Positions 47,601 to 53,916 of a stretch of 64,000 bases of DNA are shown one piece after another. Both the position numbers and the translations under genes were made by a program. Below the pieces are notes generated by a model. The model was not told where the DNA came from. It was given only the letters and a program-made list of their open reading frames with translations, and searched no databases. This DNA is from Phycisphaerae bacterium (lineage in GTDB: Bacteria; Planctomycetota; Phycisphaerae; UBA1845): the NCBI GenBank assembly GCA_035356615.1, contig DAOQSN010000013.1, positions 28,882-92,881 of the forward strand. Reading direction: 5' to 3'. Every line of letters begins with the position of its first letter. Positions within the stretch are counted from its first letter, which is position 1.

Positions 47601-48856
47601 ACTGGCAGACCGCCCTCGACCTCCAGCCACTCCGCGTCCAGCGTCACGCTGAACGTCGCGTCCTGGTCCGTCACGTTCGTTACGGTGTACTCGCGCGCGC
47701 CGGCGGCATCACTGTAGGGTCCGCCCCACGGTCCTGATACGACGTAGTCAGCCTGCGGCGTCACGAGTACGTCATCGTGCACCGCCTGCACGACGCGGAA
47801 CCCCGTGACGTTGCTGGTCGAATTCGCCGCCCGGTCGGCCCCGAGTGCCGTACGTAGCGAGGACGTCGTGCTGTTCCATGATCCGCCGCGATTGCGCCGG
47901 TCGGTGGCGGCCACGCCTTGATCCTGCATCCATTCCCATATGTTCCCGGAGGCATCATACAGACCGTAATAGTTCTGCTCCGCGTTGGTTTGATAGGTTC
48001 CGCCGTGGTCGCTACCATCGTAATACGCGACGGGCGTGGTGCCGTTGTCGAACGGGTCGCCGCTGTAGCGGAAGTTCGCGTCCGGCCCCGTAATCACATC
48101 CCGCCCGAAGCCGTACAGATGGTTGCAGCCGGCGGGCAGACAGCTCTCGTCCCAGGCGGCGGCCTTGTACCACTCATTGTAAACGGCCGCCGCGTCCGTG
48201 CGGGCGTCCATGGGCAGGCGATAGCCGAGATAGCCCAGCAACGCCTCGCGTTCCGCGCTGTTCAGGTCCCGCACCGCCCAGTTGGCAGCGCTGATCGTGA
48301 CCGGGCGCCAGCCCGACAAGTTCGTGTTCGCAGCCTCGCCATAGACGCGTTCAGCAGCGGTAAGCCCCGTTGCTAGCGTCAGCCAGTTGCAGTACTTGAG
48401 CGCCCCATACCATGACACGCCGATGACCGGATGCTGCTCGCAGCCGGACGCGATCAGGTAGACCCCCTGCCCGACGTTGTAGCTGAGGCAGCCGCCGACG
48501 GCCGCGCTGAACATCAACGTCCCCGACCCCGACGTACCCTTCTGGCCGGTGCTGCTGGTGTTGATGTACACGTCACCGCTGTCGGTATCGAAGTACAGGT
48601 ACGCGCCGCGCTCGTTGTTGAGGTTGTTGAGCGCGTCATTGAGGAACGCGGCGAACTGGGCGTTGGTCACCTCGTGCCTGCCGACGCGGAAGTCGTGCAC
48701 CGGCCCACCGGGTTGCCCATCAAGTCCGGGGACGTAGGTGAACTGCGGGACCGGCGGGTCCGCTTGCGTCGAAGCCACGACCCAAAGTACTGCCGCGATC
48801 GCGACGTCCACGGCGGGCTTGCGCCGCGTCGGTAGGCCACGCCAACGTGCAGCCAC
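41609..48856 (-). CDS. Giant (2415 aa) surface protein: 4 FGE-sulfatase-fold (SUMF1/EgtB/PvdO-like) domains separated by Ig-like spacers, with a C-terminal dockerin-like pair
   Basis: The signal anchor is AVDVAIAAVLWVVAST. FGE-fold units lie at about aa 50-358, 830-1117, 1222-1535 and 2028-2352. Each runs from F.(V/I)G..EVTN..F..FLND through HPV.GVSWYGALK(Y/F)CNWLT and YNEWYKAAAW to GFRV. The C-terminus is DADGDGRVDYDDL...DFDGDDDVDLADV. Confidence 0.85.
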   Translation of the reverse strand: MAARWRGLPTRRKPAVDVAIAAVLWVVASTQADPPVPQFTYVPGLDGQPGGPVHDFRVGRHEVTNAQFAAFLNDALNNLNNERGAYLYFDTDSGDVYINTSSTGQKGTSGSGTLMFSAAVGGCLSYNVGQGVYLIASGCEQHPVIGVSWYGALKYCNWLTLATGLTAAERVYGEAANTNLSGWRPVTISAANWAVRDLNSAEREALLGYLGYRLPMDARTDAAAVYNEWYKAAAWDESCLPAGCNHLYGFGRDVITGPDANFRYSGDPFDNGTTPVAYYDGSDHGGTYQTNAEQNYYGLYDASGNIWEWMQDQGVAATDRRNRGGSWNSTTSSLRTALGADRAANSTSNVTGFRVVQAVHDDVLVTPQADYVVSGPWGGPYSDAAGAREYTVTNVTDQDATFSVTLDAEWLEVEGGLPVNVTLVPGESYAFTVRVAPACATDELTLGENIGTVGIVYGPPPGTVIERLLRLTVTEPLNVEPSGGLAASMRYRGTPNPGSKLYTLTNGSDLPVLWSATWEETTATPSGLDWLTLNGTQPPVGGEVPAQGTAPVTIAIDAGAAAGLDLGTFTAEVTFADGCTGSVWVRAVSLQVLPWFSVAPSGTQLFSGPAGGPFAPAQHQWQISNLASETLPWRVEVQPTSSWFALNTYQGTLPALGSTQVAATLTYAAEILDIGSYDSTLRFQHDPGSGFTVERTIGLTVNDWVTPAGDISFTRPLGGEFTPPSSSCTLAGNALGERWWSAEFVPESGADWLDVNPTEGLILEPNGSTLVTIEPNDVAAQLPAGVYVGDLIFTDTTFEPAFESTRRVTLVITAAGVVLDLALVTGDAAAPPAYNFRIGRFEVTNHEYCLFLNDALANVNNERGAWLYFDVDSGNVYLHTSQTGTQGTSGTGTVLFDAAANGYISFTGGRYVPQSGFENHPVGGVSWYGALKFCNWLTLIHGMSGQRVYHEGYPADQWCPLGTPAELRQWRGFRLPVDDGAAAVSTYNEWYKAAAWLPETVLYADYGFGRNVITVADANFYLSLDPFADTTPVGFYDGVHEIAGPIITNDTANGYGLYDMTGNVSEWMQDVGGTASERATRGGNYTNAIQAPLLRADGRNSQAASAAYRFLGFRVAQALPDTLTQFDLTPVPPQRLEAYVGGPYDLAEFVLAIENAGDYTLDTLSVTVDAAWLALDTSAGPRVPPGATAEARLRVSEAVDTLGVSPAPPGSGAWVPADAAQPGGPAYDYWVAQFEVRNSDFAAFLNNAYQDAVGVDPGPRSEYMYFDTDSGNVHIHDTQEPAAGTDGAGPLLYDAGAGHIQFVGGAYVVDDGYTDHPVTGVTWYGALKYCNWLTLNAGLPPELRVYTEAPSTALSSWHPVTVSDADWIAGAFDPANIVAETIGYRLPLDAEAGASGYNEWYKAAAWDDATGGEHTYGFGRGTLTAADANFRCSGDPFEDEDDCTVGGTTPRGFFDGANVLGDGETPTTASGNGFALFDLCGNAAEWVQGNAYLQQAARGGGWDDAPESAYLTNATRQPLAPDLADAQVGFRVVRNPGRVAAITVTDSLSGATQKRFVLLHLREPFLLTPGGGISYAGMYRSGQAAGTTQLYEVTNRSAAAMPWALTADKTWLTVTGPTPGQASGTLDAGQQGAVTLTLNSEANALGPGTHVAVATWRNTRTNEVRTRNATVNVAWPIAVTPPDDAAVFTGFYGGPFINPNPCTFALSSLVSFNLQYQVSCAQPWVSITGQYPLSGTLTPGAGLSFDVSVDEDAASLAVGEYDAVLVFRFTDPGNDNLSATLEETVTVVVQDPIFITPTEDPWEVGPELDPLPFQVYTLTNARTDRGIDVHVAADVDWLDVGSATVTVLPGGAPATMTVSVNELALQLYHGTYVGTVQFTDTYTGHVQTRTVRLHIVETLSVGPRTGLTAYGVPGGPILDPTAIYTLVNYDTGAIQWRAESSEPNSWVLLNGGTGPVVDSLPSAGTTHIVVAIDVGNATIPPLQEGENQAEVVFTDLTNAVSCTRLVSLTLVNPHFAVSSAHVAADVLQPGGPAYNFEMSAYHTTNAEFAAFLNDALTTSAAPRGAYMFFHTTTGDVYVNTTAARETGASPGTRTVKMFAPAAGGRISYDDGTQMYSVQTGYEAHPVTGASWYGALKYCNWLTLDQGMSPEQRCYNEASDADLAGWRPVTATGTLWSTRDLNDDERLALVENYRGYRLPMDEGYNNPDVSVDFADGYNEWYKAAAWNSVLARNTVYGCGRDTLTGADANYKNSGDPFDNSTTPVGYYDGSNHGGSFTTNANANTFQLFDMSGNVYQWLQGRYTPGSFAVRTVRGGSYSTVHPPTGSESLATNRRNFADPRSTLAQIGFRVVRALRRANGDADGDGRVDYDDLTALADCLTGPRGGVFPDCGTLDFDGDDDVDLADVAAFQQAFTGP

Positions 48857-49180
48857 AGGTCAGCCTCCTTGCTGGGGCGGCCGTCGCCACGCGTTCCCGC
48901 CTCCTTGCCGGACTACCGCGCGGACCTCCCGCACCTGCCGTCCTCCGCTCCGGGCGCAGAGCGACGGACCCCGGTGCTCGGAGCGCGACGGGGCACGATC
49001 CGGTCGAGCGAAACGGCTGCGGCCGCTTGCTACTGGATATCGGTATCAGGCTAGCTTGCACGCCACCCGAGCGGCGCCGCTTGAGCTTCCTATGTATGCA
49101 TTTGGGCGAAGCGCAAGGGAAAAATGGGTAAAATGGGCAATGCCGCCGGCAGTTAGTGATCGCGGCGCCGGCCGTTCACG

Positions 49181-50152
49181 TCACTCGGAAAGCAAGGCCC
49201 CGGTCGTGGCGTCGTACTCCACCTCGCGCGGCGTGGACCCCACCAGGACCGTGACGGTGATCGTGAGCGTCTCGCCGGTTGCCCGGTAGCTAGCGGCGAC
49301 GCCGACTCCGCCGACGTGGCGTTCCGCCCTGGCGATGGCATCGGCCAGGGTCAACGCGGCGCGGGGCAGCAGGGTGTGGAGCGGCGCATCCGGCGTGGAA
49401 GCGGCCGGCTGAGCGGCCGCCTCGGGCGCGTCGCCAGTCGGCGAATCACCAGTATCCGGCGTGATGACAAGGTCATCGAACCAGGTGACCGCGTCCGCCT
49501 TGGTCCAGACTCCCACGCCACCGGCCGTCGGGAACGTGGAGTCACGCGCGTCCAGGAGCTTCTGCCCGTTCAGGAAGCAGCGGATACGCTGGCCGTGCTG
49601 TTCGATGGCAATGGTGTGCCACTGCCCGACCGGTGAGTCCACCTTGGTTCCGTCGAGCATCTTCCGCGCGCCGTCCTTGACGCAGTAGACGCGGAAGTTG
49701 CCCTCGAGCGGATTGACGCGGCAGATGTAGTAGTTGTTGGCATTCTGGGCGCGCCACATGGGGCCGCCGCCCTGGTCTTCCTTGCCGGCGACGGACTTGC
49801 ATTTCACCTCGATGCGGCCGTTGTCGAACGTCAGCTTGTCGGTCCAGCAGAGGTTGAACGTCGCGCTGGCCCCCTCTCGCGGGTCGCTGAGGGCGAGCAC
49901 GTTCGGCGGCGAGGGAGCGTCCTGCGCGGCCGTCACCTCCCACTTGGCGACGGGACCGGCCTGGTTGGTGCCCTCCAAGCGCCACGGGGTGGAGACGAGG
50001 CCGGGTGAGTCGCTGTCGAAGGACACGGTGGTCTGGCGTTTGGCGGGGCTTGCTTCGGCCGGCGGTTCAGCGGCCTGGGCGGCGGCAGCGGTGACGCACG
50101 CCCACGCCAGCAGCATCCAGACCCACGTTGTTGTACGAAGTGTCCGTTTCAT
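49181..50152 (-). CDS. Secreted DUF1080 (3-keto-disaccharide hydrolase / laminin-G-like) domain protein with a PepSY-like C-terminus
   Basis: It was trimmed to MKRTLRTTTWVWMLLAWACVTAAAAQA, a signal peptide. The DUF1080 motifs are F.DGRIEVKCK, YYICRV, WHTIAIEQHGQRIRCFLNG, GVGVWT and WFDDL. The tail is LTLADAIARAERHVGG...EVEYDATTGALL. Confidence 0.72.
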   Translation of the reverse strand: MKRTLRTTTWVWMLLAWACVTAAAAQAAEPPAEASPAKRQTTVSFDSDSPGLVSTPWRLEGTNQAGPVAKWEVTAAQDAPSPPNVLALSDPREGASATFNLCWTDKLTFDNGRIEVKCKSVAGKEDQGGGPMWRAQNANNYYICRVNPLEGNFRVYCVKDGARKMLDGTKVDSPVGQWHTIAIEQHGQRIRCFLNGQKLLDARDSTFPTAGGVGVWTKADAVTWFDDLVITPDTGDSPTGDAPEAAAQPAASTPDAPLHTLLPRAALTLADAIARAERHVGGVGVAASYRATGETLTITVTVLVGSTPREVEYDATTGALLSE

Positions 50153-50512
50153 TCGCGGCACTCCTCGGTTGTTGTTGTTGATCGAGGAGGCTGGATGGTA
50201 CACTGGGGGGGCTGGGGTGTCCACGAGGCGGCCGGGCACCTGCGGGAGCGGCTGCAACCGCCGAGGCGCCGTGGCTCGGGCGTCCCGCCCAGCAGGTGCT
50301 TAGCGTGTTCGGCGCTATGGGTGCCGTGCTTTCCCGCGACCGCCGTCGCGGGTAAGCATGGCTTTGCAGTCGTGGCACATGCCCACCCCCGCCTGCGGCG
50401 GCTGAAGGCATGGCACCCAGGCTAAACAGGTATCTCGCCCGAGTGCCCCCGCGCAGGCGAGTTAGCAACGGCTACACCTCTGGTGTGCCGGGCAAGACGG
50501 ACTGGAGGCACG

Positions 50513-51157
50513 ATGGACAAGGAGTGGCCGATCTTCTGTCCGCAGTGTGGCGAGCGGCTGCGGGCCCGCCGAGGCGTGGCCGGCAGGCAGGTCGAGTGTC
50601 CCCGGTGCCGCCAGGACTTCGTGGTTCCCGACGGGCTCTTTGCCGCTCCGCCGAGTGCCCCTGCGACCACGGACCAACCGGGGAATCCTGGGGCCGGAGC
50701 CGGTCAGTCTTCCGCGCCTGGCACATCCGCCTCCGGGTCGCGGGGTTGGGGGTCTGGGTCGGCCGGGTCGTCACCGCAGGCGTCTTCGGCAGCGGTCCGG
50801 CCGCCCGCGTGGAACCCTGCTTCGGCGGGCGTGCCGGGGACACAGGCGGGCGGGGGCCCTGTGTCACCGGGCGGTGTGGCGTGCGGGTCGCCTGTCTGGG
50901 TGCCCGAACCGCCGCCGCCCGGGGTGTCTGCCGCACGCACGAGCGGGCATGCCATAGCGGCGTTGATCGTCGGATTGTGCGGGCTGTTCGTGTTCAAACC
51001 GTTCCTGGCGATCATCGCCATTGCGTTGGGGATCCGCGCGCGGCGTGACATCGCGCGGAATCCGCACCTGGGCGGCTGGGGCCTGGCGACCGCGGGCATC
51101 GTGGCGGGCGCCATCGAATTGGTCTTCGTCCTGGTTGCGCTGCTGGCCTGCGCGTAG
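50513..51157 (+). CDS. Zinc-ribbon plus DUF4190-type membrane protein
   Basis: The ATG at 50513 gives MDKEWPIFCPQCGERL...VECPRCRQDFVVP. A Gly/Ser/Pro linker follows. The C-terminus is AIAALIVGLCGLFVF.PFLAIIAIALGIRARRDI..NP...G..LATAGIVAG. Confidence 0.7.
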   Translation: MDKEWPIFCPQCGERLRARRGVAGRQVECPRCRQDFVVPDGLFAAPPSAPATTDQPGNPGAGAGQSSAPGTSASGSRGWGSGSAGSSPQASSAAVRPPAWNPASAGVPGTQAGGGPVSPGGVACGSPVWVPEPPPPGVSAARTSGHAIAALIVGLCGLFVFKPFLAIIAIALGIRARRDIARNPHLGGWGLATAGIVAGAIELVFVLVALLACA

Positions 51158-51279
51158 GTCACCCATCACTGGTCGGCTGCCCCACGGAGACTGCGTCGGC
51201 ACCTGACAAGGAACCACGGGAACCGGGACGCACACGATCTTTGAAACTAGCTGCGTACCCGTTCCTCCCCGGGGAATCG

Positions 51280-51498
51280 CTACTGCGCTGGCGCAGCACA
51301 CCCAGATGATCCGGGCGCCTTGGGCGGTACCGCTTGAGGCGGAGCGGGTGTACCCCCGAGGATTCGCTGCTTCCAATCCGGCCAAGTTCCGACCACCCTA
51401 CTGGCCTGCTCCAAATGCTCGACGAACGCATCGCGTTGTCCTTGGTGCGCCTTTGCTTGAACCGGCATTTGCTTCGCTTTCTGCTTGTCAACCTCCAT
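51280..51498 (-). CDS. Small ORF (72 aa from the ATG) overlapping the stop of the deaminase gene; candidate partner protein
   Basis: The ATG at 51498..51496 is preceded by GGAG with a 7-nt spacer and overlaps the deaminase TGA (51490..51488) by 11 nt. The sequence is MEVDKQKAKQMPVQAKAHQGQRDAFVEHLEQASRVVGTWPDWKQRILGG followed by a Pro-rich tail. Confidence 0.4.
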   Translation of the reverse strand: MEVDKQKAKQMPVQAKAHQGQRDAFVEHLEQASRVVGTWPDWKQRILGGTPAPPQAVPPKAPGSSGCAAPAQ

Positions 51499-53341
51499 TG
51501 CCAAGCTCCGTGACCGCGCTGCGGGCTTTGTTGAACATGTCTCCGGCGACGAACTCCAGGTCCAGGTACGACGCGGGCAACATCTGGAGCCGGAGCCCGC
51601 TTTGCCCAGCCTTCCACTCCATCACCCGCCCCGCTACGTTCTTCCGCTCCACAGGATACCCGGAACCGAGCCGGATTGAAAAGAGGTCGAAAAACCGCCG
51701 GGGACCAACGCCGACGAAGGGCTCGAAGCATACCATCCGGCGGTCATCAGGCGGGGACCCCAGGTCGGCAAAACCGACCTGGATCGAGTCCGAATGAAAC
51801 TCGGCAGCCTTCGACTTCTCGTACGGCTCGATGAACACAACACGGTGGATTCCAGCCCCCACAATGTGCTTGGCGCAGTTGTGGCACGGGAAGGTGGTGC
51901 AGTAGAGTGTGCCGCCTTGGGTAGGCGCTCGGATTCGACCGCAGGAAAGCAGAGCGTCCATTTCCGCGTGCACTACGCGCCCAAACTCGGTCAAGTCGCG
52001 GATACGGCTTGCGTCGAGGGCCTCACGGACCTTCTCGCGGTCAAGCCCAGTCTTCTCCGCGCGGTCTAGGATCTCATCGATGATCTTCTGCTGTTCGACC
52101 TTGTTGGAATCTTCGCCCCTCATGTAATCGCGCCCGTCCTCCTGGTCCTCGATCCGGTGCGTCTTGGGATTGCGCACGGGCCAATATCGTCCGCCGTTTG
52201 CACGAGGGCAGTCATTGGCACCGGTGGCGACGACCTGCTCGTCGACCGCCACGACGGCGCCGACTTGACGGGACAGGTCGGCGGAGCTGAGTGAAGCCGC
52301 GAAGGCGAGAAACATGGCGTACTCATCGAAAGTCGGGGTCACGTACGGGTTCCCGAAGAGGAGTTCGAGAATCCGCCACACGCTGTCTTTCAGATGGTCG
52401 TCCTGCCCATCGATCCGCACGAAGAAGTCGGAGAGGTGAAACGTGTCGGCAACTCTCTGGCCGTGGGGTAGGTGCTCGTTCTCATCGCGGTCGATGAGCT
52501 CGTTCGCCTTGGCGTCGGATATCGATTTGTCTTTGGTCAGGTAGTCAAACCGCCGTTTTTCGTCAGCATGCACACCGATGAGGTAGAACCCCTGCGGATA
52601 GATCTCGCGCAGACGACCAACCTCGTCGGGGTGTTTGAGCGAACTGATGACGTACGCACACCTGGGTACATGTTGCGGGCACCCGTTCTCGTCCTTGCTC
52701 CTTTGGGAGTTGATGTACGCGGCAGCGCCAAGAGCCAGTATCGAGTTGTCACCTGATGTAGCGCGCGCCTCGTTCCCCGCATCCATGAGGCCACTGAGCC
52801 GATCGTATTCGGAGCTTCCGGAACGTGGGATGTTCTCGACGATCTTCGGGATCACGTCTTGCGTGATCCGGATCTGTCTGACCGAGTAGCCAGCCTTTCT
52901 TAGCCAGTCGTCGAGAATACCCCGCACCTTCTGCAGCTCTGTGCCGACCGCTCCAATCAGTGCAAACACCAACTCGGACTCGGAGAAGGCCCTCTGCAAC
53001 AGCCCAGACCGACCTGCCCCTGACTCTGCTGTTGCCATGGGCACGGGGACTGTGACTTCAGCACCGTGTCTCTCCGGGACAGTTTCCCTCTGCGGCGTCA
53101 AGCCGGGCGCAGCATCGACGGGCGTACCCGTGAGAGCGGCAATGACCTCGTCACGCAACTTCTCCGCACCAGGCGAGTTGCCTTGGAAGGTGAGCGATCC
53201 GGTCGACGGGTACCAGTTCAGGACTCCGCCTGCGGGCGTTCGGAGTTGCTTCTGGTTCGGGTTCAAATCGCGCCACACACCACTGATGTGCTGGAGCTTC
53301 TCCCTGAACTCCTCGTAGCTGCCGGTAAACCGTACGTTCAT
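51488..53341 (-). CDS. Anti-phage dCTP/deoxycytidylate deaminase (AvcD-like: kinase-like P-loop-derived domain + zinc deaminase) with an extra N-terminal module
   Basis: The C-terminal deaminase reads TPTFDEYAMFLAFAASLSSADLSRQVGAVV, HAEMDAL (zinc His plus catalytic Glu) and TTFPCHNCAKHI (PCxxC). The middle region ELVFALIGAVGTELQKV...YVISSLKHPDEV..LREIYPQGFYLIGV has the layout of the nucleotide-kinase-like domain of the defence deaminases. Residues 1-75 are additional. Confidence 0.82.
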   Translation of the reverse strand: MNVRFTGSYEEFREKLQHISGVWRDLNPNQKQLRTPAGGVLNWYPSTGSLTFQGNSPGAEKLRDEVIAALTGTPVDAAPGLTPQRETVPERHGAEVTVPVPMATAESGAGRSGLLQRAFSESELVFALIGAVGTELQKVRGILDDWLRKAGYSVRQIRITQDVIPKIVENIPRSGSSEYDRLSGLMDAGNEARATSGDNSILALGAAAYINSQRSKDENGCPQHVPRCAYVISSLKHPDEVGRLREIYPQGFYLIGVHADEKRRFDYLTKDKSISDAKANELIDRDENEHLPHGQRVADTFHLSDFFVRIDGQDDHLKDSVWRILELLFGNPYVTPTFDEYAMFLAFAASLSSADLSRQVGAVVAVDEQVVATGANDCPRANGGRYWPVRNPKTHRIEDQEDGRDYMRGEDSNKVEQQKIIDEILDRAEKTGLDREKVREALDASRIRDLTEFGRVVHAEMDALLSCGRIRAPTQGGTLYCTTFPCHNCAKHIVGAGIHRVVFIEPYEKSKAAEFHSDSIQVGFADLGSPPDDRRMVCFEPFVGVGPRRFFDLFSIRLGSGYPVERKNVAGRVMEWKAGQSGLRLQMLPASYLDLEFVAGDMFNKARSAVTELGNGG

Positions 53342-53399
53342 GTGTTGCCTCGGTTAGCTGGCTTTGCGTCTCAGCGCCGCTCGGCTGTGGGGACCCCAA

Positions 53400-53597
53400 C
53401 TACCCACCATCATACGACGTACTGCGCGGCAGGTCGAGTGGTTCCTCTGCTTCCTCCTGGTCGAGCACGTCCCAGCCCAGGGCCCTTAGTAACGGATTGA
53501 TCACCTTGCTGCGCGTGGGGGTCTCCTTGAGCTGCTCGCGGCGGAGCCTGGGAAGGCGGGCGCGCAGGTCCTCGATCTCTTTGATGAGCTGCTGCAT
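53400..53597 (-). pseudogene. Truncated HsdR_N-like ORF (65 aa); probable remnant of a restriction or other defence gene, or a small adaptor
   Basis: MQQLIKEIEDLRARLPRLRREQLKETPTRSKVINPLLRALGWDV matches the E.(Q/T)TR..(L/V)I.P.L..LGW opening of type I restriction-enzyme N-terminal domains, then stops after 20 acidic residues. GGAGG lies upstream. The ORF ends 58 nt before the deaminase start. Confidence 0.4.
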
Positions 53598-53916
53598 GGG
53601 ATGAGTACCTCCGGGAGTGCCACGACGACGCAAAGGAAACACCTCGACAGGGCTAACGCGTCGCGCGGGCTCATGTGGCGAATCGTAACCTGGGGGTCAG
53701 GTCGGTTCAAGGTCGAGCATCGAACCGGCCCGCTTGGGCGCGGGGATGGCAACCCAGGGGAACGTCTGCTGCTCGCTTTCCGCCTCGGCGGTCGGACGTA
53801 ACAGACACGCGCGGGAAATGACTGCCGGGTGACGACGTGCTCGGCATCCAGTTCGGCCCGTTCGAAGACTGCTCCGGCCGGGGAGCGCACCGGTGACGAT
53901 GGACGCGGGACGGCCT

